DNA of 64,000 bases from Chrysomallon squamiferum (lineage: Eukaryota; Animalia; Mollusca). Position 1 is the stretch's first letter; each line of letters begins with the position of its first letter. The notes under the pieces were generated by a model, which saw only the letters and a list, made by a program, of their open reading frames with translations, ran no database searches and had not been told where the DNA came from. The position numbers were made by a program, and so were the translations under genes. Shown here piece by piece: positions 1-13,634 of the stretch. The DNA is taken from the NCBI GenBank assembly GCA_012295275.1, contig CM022666.1, positions 5,952,001 through 6,016,000 on the forward strand. The letters run 5' to 3'.

Positions 1-107
1 GTTTCTCTGTTCAGAAATTCTTTTAATGTTACAGATACAATGACACTGATGAGTATGAAGTTTAGTACCATAAGAGAAATGGCAATGACTGGACGAACTG
101 GTACCAT
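1..107 (-). CDS. TNF-family ligand copy 0: 5' part of the first coding exon (gene continues off the left edge)
   Basis: ATG at 107 reads MVPVRPVIAISLMVLNFILISVIVSVTLKEFLNRE, nearly identical to the first coding exon of the intact copies. The acceptor AG is at 143-144. Confidence 0.8.
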   Translation of the reverse strand, partial: MVPVRPVIAISLMVLNFILISVIVSVTLKEFLNRE

Positions 108-2112
108 TTTGTGTAACAACTTTTAATTCCTTTAGAAGTAATCTGCAAAACATGACAAAATAAATAAATAAATATTATTAGCAATAAATACACACTATTT
201 GGAATGCTGCTCGATATAATTTGGATCTTTTTGTATTGAGTGACACACAGATACACACACGCATATACCTACTCTGTTTCGAAAGCTGCCGTCTAGGAGA
301 AGGTCGAACACGTATTGTGCAGTAACTGATGTTGCAGTGCCAGCTGGTTCCATACTATCGTAAGCTGTATATCGATCGTAACGTGCGAGGCTAAAGCAAA
401 TACACAAGGTATGGATGGATCATCTTCCATCCAGTTTATTCAGTCTACCCAATTTTTCATACCCCTTCTCCACAAAAAAAAACTTAACAACAACATAAAA
501 TAAATAAATAAATAAATAAATAAATAAAAAGGATCCAAATAAATGATGTTGTCTCTTCCGTGGCTGTCATTATTTACGCATCTGCAAGGTATAAGGATTT
601 GTTACACGTAATCGGAATAATATCTGTAGTCATCTATTTATTATTACATGGCCAGGAATATAAAATGTCTCAAAAATATCTCCCTGTGACAGAAGAATCT
701 TCTGTTTGTAATTATCACTTGTAGCATGACTGTTGATTCGATCTGCCGAATAAATAAATAAATAAATAAAGTAAAATAAAATAAATTAAAATAAAAAAAA
801 TAATATAAAAATTAATTAGTGATAAAAATAAATTAAAAACAAAAATAAAATAAAACTGAAATAAATGAATGAATAAATAAATAAATAAAAATACAAAACA
901 TTAAAAAAAAATGTAAAATAAATAAATACAATAAGATAAATTAATTAATTAATTAATTGAAACAATAAAATAAATGTAATAAAATCAAATTAAATAAAAT
1001 CTGAATAAAATAGAATAAAAACAGTAAAATAAAAATAAAAAAACAAACCAATAAATAAACCAACCCCCCCCCCAAAAAAAAAAACAATATATAAATAAAA
1101 AATAAAAATAAAATAAATGAAAACGAAATAGTCCGTGTGTCACATGACTGTCGTGGGGCCCAGCGCATAAGAGGTGTTAGCTTTCAAGTGCTAACGAACC
1201 TATTAAACGAACCTATATTTGTAACACAATATTTGTATTACAAAGATAATTATTTATTTTACACATGTATACTTATTATTATTTAGTGGTTGAGGACGTG
1301 GGAGTTGGCGTTAAATGAAACACTGTAATTCTTAAATCTTTTAATTTTCCCTAACAGGTTTTGTTAGAAATAAATATATGACTCAAACTCTCTATGGAGC
1401 ATATACAGGATACATCAAATTGATCAACAAATCAAACAGAGCATACAGAAACAGGATAATCATTTGTCCCTGCTTCCGCCTTAAACAAAGATAACGCAAA
1501 GTTTATTTACCAACATAAATGCCTAATAATGGCCGCCAACTCTTCGTCCTACTCGTGTCTTGTCTTTGTTTTTACACACCTTAACTGGCCCAGTTGTTAC
1601 ACAGTCAGTTTAGGGATTAAGTAAGCACACCCCTACAGACTTAGTGGAGCAGTCTCATCTGCTCAATTCAATTCCTCTTTGCAAGCATGGATTCTCAACT
1701 GTAAGGACTTGTGTTTATATTTGTAATACCTTATACAGTCATAGAGATAATAGAATTTATCAACACGTCCCAACCTAGGAACTACACACAAACATCAATG
1801 TCTTTATTATAACTGGTGTTTTTATTGTAATACCCGGTACAAAGTGTTGTAATGAGGACAATGACTTTTGTTTACATAAAACCTCATCGGTGAAATCATT
1901 TATTTGAATAGCAAGCTTGGAAAGATCAAATTTGAAAATGTTGTGATTGTAGCCTATAATCCTCTTAACAATTTGATAGAAAACACGTATAGTCCTCTAA
2001 TCCTCGGACATGGTGCATACTGTAGTGAAAACAAAGTCTATTTGACCACTAAGAATCTACTCAGTGAAAACTTGCAAGTACACAAAGTATGTCCCTCCAT
2101 TTCTCACCGTTT

Positions 2113-2772
2113 CTGCGACGGACACGCCCGCTGACCTGTCAGAAAGCGTGCCCGCCGTAGACGTGCTTCACAACAGCTTGCTCCGATTAGCACGTTAATT
2201 GTTTGTTTTTTCAAGGTTCAAGATTTCTCACATATCAACCATGGCAGAGTTAAGACAGTCAGAATTTGTTACTTCATCGAGAGGCACTCCACAAATTCTC
2301 CTCGATGGATTCCTGTACAGCAAAGAGTACAACCCGACAGACAGCACAACACTGGAGATGCCTCAGCAAGACTTGCAAGGGAAAATGTTCAACAGTCGGT
2401 GACGTTCTCAAGGAATATCTCAGTTCACACCACACCTATCACCAAGAAGATGTCAACCATGTCAGGTTTCTCAGTGCCATGCGCACGAAAGCATGGGAGG
2501 AAACAACGCAGATGCACACGATTTACGACCATCAAGTGTCAATACAAGATCCCACTCATCTGCCGACCCTACCCTCCTTTAGCAGCATGAGAAGAGCTCT
2601 CTGCAGAAAGACAATCCCTGTGTTACCGCAGACCAGAGCCGAAGTAGATCTTGAAGATGACTGGACCAGGATCACAGATGACGAGCGCTTCCTTCTGTTC
2701 AGTGATGGGGAAGAGAGACAACAAGATTTAGCCTTGTTCACAGATCAGCAGTTACGAGCCCTTCAAATAAAA
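2113..2772 (+). mobile_element. Decayed Mutator-like (MULE) element: FLYWCH zinc finger plus N-terminal part of the transposase
   Basis: Frameshifted ORFs join to give EFVTSSRGTPQILLDGFLYSK..HWRCLSKTCKGKCST..HHT (FLYWCH pattern). This is followed by LPSFSSMRRAL..PVLPQTRAEVDL..WTRITDDERFLLFSDG, typical of FLYWCH-MULE transposases. It is truncated at an A-rich tract. Confidence 0.8.
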
Positions 2773-3423
2773 TAAAGACAAAAATAAAAATGAGATTAAT
2801 AAATCAAATTAAATGAAAATCAAAAAATGATAAAAATAAAATAAATAAGAATGAATTTTTTGAAACTAAAATAAATAAATAAATAAAAATAAAACATAAT
2901 AATTTAAAAAGGTAAAAAGTAAAGTAAAATAAATAAATGAAAATAAATAAACTAAGAAATAATAAATAAATAAATAAATAAACAATGTAAATTAAAATTT
3001 AAAAAATATATAAAAACATAAACATGATAAAAATAAAATAAATTAAAACAATAAAATAAATGTGTAAATCATAAAATTTAAATAAATAAAAATGAATAAA
3101 AATGATAAAATGTAAAGTACAATAAAATTAATTAAATAAATAAAGTCCATAATGGATACTCAGTCTGTTGAAACTTTGTTTGGTTAGAAGTTCAAAGTGA
3201 GAAGTGGACAGCATCATAAACAAAAAAAATAGACATCTACGTGACAACAACATTAGAGACTCAAAATAGTCCAAAACACCCCACCAGTATTTTAGAAACT
3301 TATATATTTACTTATTTAAGCGAAAAGTACCCAACCATTAAAAATAATAAAAACGACAACAGCAATAATAATAATAACAACAATACTACTACTACTACTA
3401 ATAATAATAATAAAAATTAGAAG

Positions 3424-3458
<35 letters not shown>

Positions 3459-4405
3459 AATAATAATAATAAAAATTACAACAATAATAATAATAATAAA
3501 AATTACAACAATAATAATAATGTTAGTTATCTATTCACATTCTGATGTTACCGTTAAATTCAAAGCTGGCAAATTCTCTTCTGGTATTTAGTTAATCCGT
3601 CAATTACTCTGAAAGGTTCTTCAAATTGTTGATGTCGTAATTAACAGTAAACTGATGAATAGCAAAATGTAATAGAGGTATTTCACATTCCTATTGCACG
3701 TGTTCGCGAAGAGTAACGTCCCTTGACAAACTAGACTGGAACTAGTCTGTTTACAAATTGAGGAGCGTAACAGACAGATTGTTATGGGCGACATGACTGG
3801 CTTCGTAGCAGACTTTAAACTTTGGCAACTAACGTGTACGTATTTCGAATTAGATGGTATAATGTCCGTAGAAAAGGGTCATAATGAAATTTACAGCGGA
3901 ACGATTCAAATTAAAAAGCTGTGCAACAACTTGGACAGAGTCTTTGCGACTCGTACCCGAGGGTTTTGATAACGTCAGGTTAAGAGACTATTTCGTAAAA
4001 AGTACAAAGAAAATATTTGTCAGGGATTCCATACACTCGTTTAAAACTTTGAAAATTTATAAGTATTTCTCGTAAGGATATATATAATTTGTTTACTGGA
4101 AACACGTGCATGCATAAAAACTGTAAATACTCTACCATGTCAAAATGTATGTATGCGTCTCAGTATATTATATCTGTATGTGTGTATGTATTTGTGTGTC
4201 TATATACATACATTATATACAAACACACACACACATATCTATATATATACATATACATATACATGTATATATATTTTGTTCTGTATGTATACATAGACAT
4301 AATATTAATATACATAAATGCTGTTATTCAGCTGATCATCCCTCGCCTACCTTAATGGGAGCCTGTATGTTTATGTACACACACAGAGTATAATTGAAAA
4401 ACCAC

Positions 4406-4591
4406 CTCTCAAAACAATTCAGGTCCATATCAAGGGGTAGCAGGTGCCCCTCCCCCACAGACGCACTGCAAACTTTGGCAATAACTTGTTTGTTCAGCAA
4501 GTCTTTGATACCATTTACAGTCAGAGTATTTACACCTTTGTTGCAGACACATCTCTGACTGAACTCTGACAACATGGCCACATCCTACGTT
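4406..4591 (-). pseudogene. Isolated exon-like segment, protein unidentified
   Basis: GC-richer island bounded by tgtag| and |GTGGTT. It reads T*DVAMLSEFSQRCVCNKGVNTLTVNGIKDLLNKQVIAKVCSASVGEGHLLPLDMDLNCFER. No partner exons were recognised. Confidence 0.3.
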
Positions 4592-5082
4592 CTACAGACA
4601 AAACGTACAGTAACACGATTAATTAAAGCTTCTTTTTTTTTTTTAATGAAGGAAATGTGAGTAACCTTTTCCCTTATAGGCTAAAACCAGTTACTTGTCT
4701 AATTGCAGTTACTGTTAGGTGTAATTAGTACAAACACGCACAAGTATATATAGTTTATGCTTTAAAAAAACTCTTTAAATAAACCATTTATTTTGGAGTA
4801 ACGTATAACTTTAATGTTGAAGATTGTACCTTCACTCATATACTCATAAAACTACCTACATACTTGTACAAACCCCTGCTGAGTATTTGTGAATCCAAGC
4901 AACAAACACCTCAGCTAGTTGCAGTAGACTGAATAATTAACATAACTGAAACCATTGTTCTCTGTAGTTATCTGAACCATGATTTTTTTGTTTGGTTATC
5001 CTAGGTGTTGTGACAATTTCCCGTCCCATATTCAGCGTGGGTATACAATCCTCGTTTCTTGTTGTTCACTGGCTTCCCACCT

Positions 5083-5238
5083 AAAAAAATGTGTCAAACA
5101 AATCCTCGTATTTGCAGCAACATTAAAATCTTTTTCATTTCTGTGTGAAGCGATTACCCACAAAGGTTTCCGATATGCATTTCCCGGACTTCTGCGATTG
5201 GATCAGTTAATAACTGAACAATGGTCATGGCCTCCCAT
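5083..5238 (-). mobile_element. Degenerate THAP zinc-finger coding relic, probably from a DNA transposon
   Basis: MGGHDHCSVIN*SNRR...LWVIASHRNEKDFNVAANTRICLTHF matches the THAP pattern C-x-V-xx-C..W..R..(I/V)C-xx-HF, with the second Cys changed to a stop. Confidence 0.6.
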
Positions 5239-5440
5239 TACAGCATTATTGCTTTTGCCCACCAGTTTGAAAGTGGGGCTAGTTTGCCGAGACCTCGCGA
5301 TTTGCGTCCTCGAGTTACCCAGCAACGGGCACATGCGCAGTGGAATGTGAAATAACACTATTGCTAAATTACATTGTTTACAATAGCAGTGGGAGACGGA
5401 CAAATAACGTTTTTAAATGATCGTTAATCTTTTGAAAGAG

Positions 5441-5541
<101 letters not shown>

Positions 5542-6109
5542 CTTTGTATGCATATGAGAGAGGGAGAACAATAAAAAACGAAAGGGAGGAACAGAGAGAA
5601 AGAGGGAGAGAGTGATGAATAATTAAATGTTCATATTAGTTATACAATAACTGATAGATTTAAATTTGTGTTATTTTTATTATTGTGCAGTATTTGAAAA
5701 ATAAGATAATAAAAACGTTTATAAAGGATTGCTGTTTACTCATCGTCGTCGTCGTTGTTATTACTACTACTAATACTACTACAACTACTATTGTTATTAT
5801 TATTAATTCGAATAGTTTTTATAAAATCAATACACATTCTACATATATATATATAATTTTTTTATTAAGTCAAATACAATGTATACTAATATAAAAATAA
5901 AATAAAATAAACTATTGAAAAACGCTCGCTAGAGTAATTATGGATACTCAGTCTTTTAAAACATTTCGCTAGAAGTACATGCAACTACGGTGACAACAGC
6001 ATTAAAGAGAGAGAAAAAAGTGTTTTAAAAATATATTTTTAAAAATAAGACAAAAACACGCTTAATATAATGATGATGATGATGATGATATTAACACAAA
6101 ATACTACCG

Positions 6110-6165
<56 letters not shown>

Positions 6166-6943
6166 TAATAATAATAATCACAACAACAATAACAGCAACA
6201 GAAACAACAACACTGTTAGTTTATTCAGTTTCAAAGCAGGCACATTCCTTCACGATATTTAACACACTTCTCTTACTGTTTGTTTACTCTGGAAAGAAAA
6301 AAAAGACGTTAATCATATATTTATTATTGCTAGATATATCATTATCTTCTATTTAATTTATGTTACATTACTGGCAACATAAACTGTGCACAAGTCAGAA
6401 ATAAAAACATAAACGAGAGTTAATATTTATTAAAAACAAAACAAAAATGGCCATGACGCAATTCAAACTGGGGAAAATGACCCAAGCACCGTGACGTCAC
6501 TGAACAATGTGGTTATTTTTTGGTGTTGATCCGACTACTCACAGTTCTACTCACAGCTCTACTCACAGCTCTAAAAAGTGGTGTAAATGAAAAGGAAAAT
6601 ATAATTATAAAAAAGTATACGATATACATAATAAAATTAATCTTTAGAGAGACCTGCAGATATCAAACGACACATTCTCAAATATAAAAGGAGCGGCCGT
6701 TTTCATCTTATGTTTAGCTTAATCCAGCAATTGATTTCGATAATTTCTTCAAGGTGTTACGATCGTAAACAGTAATTAATGACAAATGGGATTTCGGGTT
6801 AATTCAGTCTCAGTGAATGGCGAAGTGTAATTACTAAATCATTTTGTTTATAATTGTAGGAGATGGAAGAATGAGAAGAATTACTTTTGTAAATGATTCT
6901 TAATCTCGTCTGAAAGAGAATGTCTCTCTGTTTGTTTTAGTAA

Positions 6944-6944
<1 letters not shown>

Positions 6945-7029
<85 letters not shown>
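6945..7029. repeat. (TG)n(AG)n microsatellite
   Basis: Visible directly in the sequence. Confidence 0.95.
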
Positions 7030-7032
<3 letters not shown>

Positions 7033-7469
7033 ATATAGTACAGAAGGCAATTAATAGATTTATATCTTATTTATTTTATCGCGCAGGATTAAGAAAAGAA
7101 AAAAAGAAGATAATAATAACAGAAATAAAAACAAAAAATAAACATGTACAAAGGAAAAGAAAGAAAGAAAGATAATCAAAAGAAAGAGAAAAGAGAGAGA
7201 GAAGAAAGGAATTGTTAAATGACACCAACAATTATGTTTATATTGCACTTTGTAATAGTCACGAAAATAATTTAAAGTTTCTCCAATTTATTATTATTTT
7301 ATAATTTTTAAATTTTATAATTCATTGCTGGCTTTGTTTATTTTAAAAGCTTTGTTATTTATTTTCATTTATTTATTATTTTTAATTTTAAAACATTTTT
7401 TGTTTTGGTTGTTCTATTTTTATTTATTTTTTTTTTTTTTTTTTTTTTTGTTGTTGGGGGTTTTATAAA

Positions 7470-8040
7470 TATTTTTCTGTTTTGTTTTGTTCTGTGAAGG
7501 AAGAACTGTGGAACAATTCAAGCGGAACGTACGCTGTCCACTGAACGCACTGTGTAACTAGTTATGTAGATGTTTGCTCTTCTGTATTAATCCTTAAGTG
7601 ATTGTTGTGACCGATTACAATCATTCTATCCATCTATATTATTGTTTATTGCTTTACTGAATGTTCAGTCTTCTCAAGTTCGCCAATTTTGACAAATATC
7701 TAACGGTCTGCATTCTAATGACCGTACATTAAAGAATACAGCTCACCATTCTTGTTGAAATGGGTATTATTAAAAAGACACTTTGACAAGGATTCTGGAA
7801 AATAGTAGTGGAAATTAAACACGGGTTTTATGAATGTTTGCATAATGCGCGTTCACACACAAACGCGTACATGTTAACGTGAAATAACTGAATATTTCAG
7901 GATTTACATGTAAAGACTGGTTTCACTAATTGACTGTAATATATATAACTATGTGATGCGTATATTATTTAAAATATATAGCTAGGATTTGTAAGTTTTG
8001 TTGCATTTTCTTATGTTTTTTCTTTTTTAGATGAAGTTTT
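7470..8040. repeat. Locally repeated block (other copies ~8790-9040, ~15020-15350, ~19100-19700, ~36140-36300)
   Basis: The core cgctgtccactgaacgcactgtgtaactagttatgtagatg...gaccgattacaatcattctatccatc recurs at high identity. The ~15020 copy carries only the distal half. Confidence 0.85.
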
Positions 8041-9289
8041 TAGATTGCTGTTATTACACAGCCAGGAATATAAAATGTCTCAGAAATATCTGCCTGTGAC
8101 GGAAGAATTTTCCGCTTGTAATTGTCACTTGTATCATGACTGTTGATAGGTCTGCCTAATAAATCAATAAATAAAAAAATAAAAAAATAAATAAATAAAC
8201 AAATAAATAAATAAATAAATAAAAAAAAAAAAATAAATAAAGTAAAATCAAATCAAAATCAAATGAGACTAAAAAAACAACATAATAATAAAAATCAAAT
8301 ATATGATAAAAAAAAAATAATAATAAATAATAAAAATTAAAAAAAAATAAAATAAAATAATTAATTAAGAAAATAAAATAAAATAATTAATTAAGAAAAT
8401 AAAATAAAATCAATAAATAAAGTAAAATGAAAATAAAGTAAAATAAAATAAAATGATACGAATAAAATAAATAAGTATAAAAAATGATAAGAATAAAATA
8501 AATAAGTATAAAAAATGGTAAAAATTAAAGTAAAATAAATAAATCGATCAATCAATAAGTGAAATAAAGTAAAATAAAGTTAAATAAATTATAAACAAAA
8601 ATAAAAACAAAAACAAAATGAAACTTATAAATAAAATTCTAGTGACTCACAAAAAGCCTGCGAATTGCGGGATTAATTACCACCTCGGAGTGCTAGGTGT
8701 TACTGACCCTTGTTGTTTATCAGAAAGATCTGGCGACACACGTCAAACTGAAAAGTCGGGAGCACGTTGACAAATAACGTGAGAACTGAGATATTTTTCT
8801 GTTTTGTTTTGTTCTGTGAAGGAAGAACTGTGGAACAATTCAAGCGGAACGTACGCTGTCCACTGAACGCACTGTGTAACTAGTTATGTATCTGTTTGCT
8901 CTTCTGTAGTAACCCGTACGTGATTGTTGTGACCGATTACAGTCATTCTATCCATCTATATTATTCTTTACTGCTATATTGAATGTTCAGACTTCTCAAG
9001 TTCGCCAATTTTGACAAAAATCGAACGGTCTGTATTCTAAAGGGCTTACTCCCATCTTAATTCCATAACCGGGTTAGTATGGTCTGAAAGTAAGTACGTA
9101 TAGTTTTGTTTTTAATTATTAATTTAACTGGCTATTCAAACTGATCCGTCAATCACCCGATCCATCCGTAGATCCATCAGCTCTTCAACCAACCAATCTG
9201 TAAGTCAATAAATTCATTCCGTTGTTGTTGGTTTTTGTGTCAAAAAAAAAGAAAAAAAGAAAAAAAAAAATTCAAACTTTCAACTCTAA

Positions 9290-9760
9290 GAATCTAAAGT
9301 TTGTGTTTTGTGTTCAGAATGTAGGTTGTTACTGCAACGAGGACTAACTCTCTGTCTTTCGTATTTGGTGCCAAGATGTTTTGGAGCGTGATCTCGATTT
9401 TTTTTTTCCTCCAATGTGTTGCGTAGTGCTTGTATTTCCTTGGCGAAATTTTGACAGTGAAACAAGTAGTGTTTCATGGTTTCGGAGAGTCCACAGCTGC
9501 AGTTGGGTGATTTGGTGTTGTCATATTTGTATCTGATTGCATTTAAGTTGGTCGAGTAACCAATTCTGGCTTTGGTGAGTTTGTTGTTGTGTAGTTTGTT
9601 GGCGAGTGTGAGTTTGGGTTTTTTGGTGAGTGGTTTGATGTTCAAGTGTCATTTGTTTTTGGTTTTGTTCCATTCGTTTTGTCATAGTTTGTCGTAATGT
9701 TTGGCTGCGTTTGAGAGAATTTCGTTTATTCCGTAGTCTATGCCTGTGCAGATGTCTTCG
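9290..9760 (-). mobile_element. 3' fragment of a non-LTR retrotransposon ORF2 (C-terminal CCHC knuckle)
   Basis: LTKARIGYSTNLNAIRYKYDNTKSPNCSCGLSETMKHYLFHC is the R-x-G-H/Y..C-x-C..E-T-xx-H-x-L-xx-C tail seen in I/Nimb/R1-type LINEs. Upstream sequence carries stops and frameshifts. Confidence 0.75.
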
Positions 9761-9801
9761 TCTTTAAAACTGAGTTACTTCAATGGAATGGAATGGAAAA
9801 A

Positions 9802-10175
9802 AATTAACGTGCTAATCGGAGCAAGCTGTTGTGAAGCACGTCTGCGACGGGCACGCTTTCTGACAGGTCAGCGGGCGTGTCCGTCGCACAAAAGAGTTTT
9901 GGGTAGGGAAAAGAATGGGTTCTCGCCACGATTGCAGGACACAAGGGAGTGTCCAGCATATCGGATCGTAACGAGTCGGTACCGAAGTTACTTCAAATGA
10001 CATCCGCTCTTTTATATTTAAGCGATGGAATTGAAATTGCGTAACTTTAATTATTACTACAATCACATCCGCTCCTTTTATTGTTTCCGCTAAATTTTCA
10101 ACTCTATGGCGTTGTTATAAAAAGGGCTGCATTTTGGTAATTAAACAACGGCTTGCTGTGATTAGCACGTTAATT
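9802..10175. mobile_element. Small element bounded by 16-bp inverted repeats, related to the end of the MULE at 2113
   Basis: aattaacgtgctaatc (9802) pairs with gattagcacgttaatt (10160). 9802-9888 is a near-exact reverse complement of ~2114-2200. Confidence 0.55.
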
Positions 10176-10189
10176 TTTTTCAAGTTCAA

Positions 10190-10736
10190 GTTCAAGGTAA
10201 CTGGAGAAAAAAGTAAGAGAGCAGACCAGAGAGAAGATCGAAGAAGCGAGCGAAGGAAACGGTCAATACGAAAGTTCAGTCAGGCGGGGAACCAAATGTT
10301 TTTGAATGCCATTGTCTTTACGGACGAGTATGGTAAGCAATTGTCTATTCTTATTTTGATAGGGTGTAATGTGCATTTAACCTGTGCCAATAGAATTTAT
10401 TATACCTAAAATTTTATTGTTTTAATCTGTCCTCCGTGCAGATTGTTATTTTGTCCTGGTTCCCCGAATCACCTTACTCGTATGACCTTTCTCATATCAT
10501 TAATCAAAATTACTTAAACGTATGTTTTATGATTGTATAACGTATTATTACCAAGTCACCTATATATCATAATTAAATAATAAACGTGAACCTTAACTGG
10601 TGTTGTGTTTTATTTCTCTAGTGGATAGATAGACTGATTTACATAGATTGCTGTCAATTTAGCGTTTATATTCCTTGTTAGCTGGCCATTAAAGCACCTT
10701 GTTACTCTAGACTGAGCCTTAATAAAATATACAACA
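10190..10736 (+). mobile_element. Possible partial solo LTR
   Basis: Purine-rich start, internal AATAAA, and an end of aataaaatatacaACA as in many LTR 3' ends. No second LTR or target-site duplication was seen. Confidence 0.25.
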
Positions 10737-11075
10737 TGTCTAAAAGTGTGAGCCCTGAGACATTTATGAATTTAGAAATTGATATTTTACTAGGGGCGCC
10801 ACTATCTAATCTCGCCAGTTCTGAACACTACTAAGACAAATGCATTTAGTTTTAACATTACATTTAATAAAACTTTCTGACATGACTGGTTAAATTCTTT
10901 CATTTTTCTGTTTTTCCATATTCTTGATTTTTCTCCTCTGTCTTCTTTCTTTCTTTCTCTTTATTCTATCTTCTATATCTTTCATGTCTCTGACTGGGTC
11001 ATTCTCTCTCTCCACGCCTTCTCTTTATTTTTCTTCTCTAACTTCTTTAGTATTAGACTACAATCCTGTAATCAC

Positions 11076-11274
11076 CTTTTATAAAACTTGGGCCACACTG
11101 GATTAAGCTGACATCCAGTCGCTGAGATGACGTACTCCCGCTGCTGTTTGCTTCCCTCTACAGTGCAGTTGATGTCCAAGTAGGTGCAGTACGTCTCATT
11201 GTGTACAAACTGCAGTGTTGTCAGCTGCTGCTGGTGTAGTTGCAGTGTACGTTCATGACGTTCTATATACGCTG
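11076..11274 (-). pseudogene. Fragment of the membrane-protein gene exon at 40503-40819
   Basis: Near-identical to 40503-40716 (ERHERTLQLHQQQLTTLQFVHNETYCTY..DINCTVEGSKQQREYVISATGCQLNPVWPKFYKR), with an internal deletion and a 5' truncation. Confidence 0.8.
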
Positions 11275-11433
11275 TGCTTAAGTAACATTTAACGACAACT
11301 GATAATTTATATCAATCACCAGATGCCTTAATTTAGTTCATCTGCGATCCTCTTGTAGCAACAAGCTAATTCTCGACTATCTGTGATTGTACAAGCAACG
11401 TTTTTAATGTTAAAGGAAGAAGACACGTGAACA

Positions 11434-13060
11434 TCATTGAAACTGTTTTCGTTTGATTTGGTCTAGTCTAACATATTCTATTGTGAAGTGAAAAGTTCTC
11501 AAAACATGCTCGTTCTCATATAGAAAGTCGGACGACGTCCATTTGATGAGAGGCTTCGAAATGTCTGAAAAGTTTGTAAGAAGAAATGACCTTTAAATAA
11601 TATTTCTATTTTAAATTTTCAACAGATATAGTTAGTATTACTAATATCTTTCTGTAACTACTAGAAACTAATTTACTGTCATCACTGATATTATCACTAG
11701 TAACACTGCTAGTACTGTTGTTATCACAGTTTCTACCATTATTTCCTTACCAATACTAATAACTAAGTGACTACTTCTACTACTACCAGAATTTTTTTAA
11801 GTAACTACTATTATTACTTCCCCTTTACTACTACAACATTTATTACCAAATCACCTCTTTCAACTGAGAATTACTACTATTAACTATTACTATTTGTTTT
11901 CTTACTTTTGTCATATTCTGCATTCACTTCCATTTGTAGATGAGCCGATGTCTTCACATTGTTCATATTATTCAGACGATCAGCAGCCTCTCTGATCAGC
12001 TTAAGATTTTGTTCTGAAATATATATATATATGTATGAGTATGTATGTATGTATACATATATACATACGAACAGACACACATACCTTTATACATATATAG
12101 ACTGGTACGCACGTAAATACAAATACATAGTTATAAAAACTTTTATCAATATTTAAATATATGTGGCTCTGTGTGAATCTTTTTATGTGTGTGTGTGTTT
12201 GTTCTGTGTATATAATGTGTGTGTCATTTTCTTTATGTGTGTGTGTTTGTTCTATGTATATTAATGTGTGTGTCATTTTCTTTATGTGTCTGTGTGTGTA
12301 TGTATATAATTGTACTTGTGTACATGTCTTTGTGAACTTCTCACTTTTTGTATGTCTCAGTCTTTATGTTTGTTTATACTTGTGTGTGTTCTGTGATTAT
12401 GCGACTTTGTGTTTTTATGTATGTATGTATGTGTGTGTATATATATCTGTATTAACTTACCACTTTTCTCAGCTTTTGTCTGACTTTCATTCAGTTTCTA
12501 AAAAGAAGATTAATAATTACTTTGAAACTCGTCCATAATTAACAATTTTAAATTTATAAATATATTTCAGCACTATTATTTTCTCCTTTTTCTTAATTCA
12601 AATATTGTTAAACGCATATGTATCTTTTTCCTTTTCTTTGTTTTTTCTTTAATTTCATTTATAATGAAGTTAACTTTTTAATATATTTTATATAGAATTT
12701 GTCTGTTTCTTAATTTCATATTCACATTAAACTTTTTTTCGTTTTTTCATTTAATGTATTTATGGAATATAAGTTTTTAAAATTAAATACAGAATTTACC
12801 ATTTTCATAATTTCACTGATAACGTTTTCTCCATGTCTGTAACAGCAATACGTGATATTGTTCCTGGTTCTATTCGTAGATTTGTCATCACAACAGTTTT
12901 CTCCTGGTTTGCACGAGATTTTCACACACAGTTCCTTGTCAAACAACAAGACGGTTTCTCTATTCAGGAATTCGTTTAGTGTTAGTGATACAATGAAACT
13001 GATGAGGATGAAGTTTAGTACCATAAGAGAAATGGCAATGGCAGGAAGAAGTGATTTCAT
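11434..13060 (-). pseudogene. TNF-family ligand copy A: TNF homology domain deleted, frame still open (pseudogene or truncated product)
   Basis: Exons 13060-12800, 12497-12461 and 12013-11906 are intact with GT-AG sites. The last exon starts at 11564 (ISKPLIKWTSS), jumps into sequence that lies 3' of the stop in copy B, and reads to TGA at 11434. Confidence 0.85.
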
Positions 13061-13187
13061 TTTGTGCAACAGCTTTTAATTCCTTTAGATGTAATCTATA
13101 AAACATGACCAAAAGAAAACAAAATGTTATTAGTAATGAATAATACCAAGATAAATACACACACACATATATACACACACAGACATG

Positions 13188-13218
<31 letters not shown>

Positions 13219-13634
13219 ACGCACACACAGACATGCACACACACACAGACATGCACACACACACAAATGGACATTCACACAAATATAACATTTAATAAAT
13301 GGTTGAACAAATAAATAAAATAATAAATATTAGCAAGACAAATTCACACACAATACACACATCTACACACACTTATATATAACATTCTTTCAAAGAAAAA
13401 AAAAGTAAAAAATAATAAATAATTCCAAGATATAATTTTCCTATGTGATGTCCATAAAACAAAGGTAGATAAAAATCGCAGAAGCTTCTCTTAACACCAA
13501 AGCACAGAGAAAGGCATTGTGAAATTATAATTTTATATAAATAAATATAATCTATTAAATAAGTGAAATTATATTTTCATATTACAGATATATAACCTAT
13601 GGAATAAATAAAATACATGTATTTACAAACTTAC

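Noticed and set aside
12852-13079. Recurrent + strand ORF MILFLVLFVDLSSQQFSPGLHEIFTH.. (also 26745, 32078, 46615) that looks like a small signal-peptide family
   Set aside because: It is the antisense shadow of the TNF first coding exon. Splice signals and domain continuity support the minus strand.
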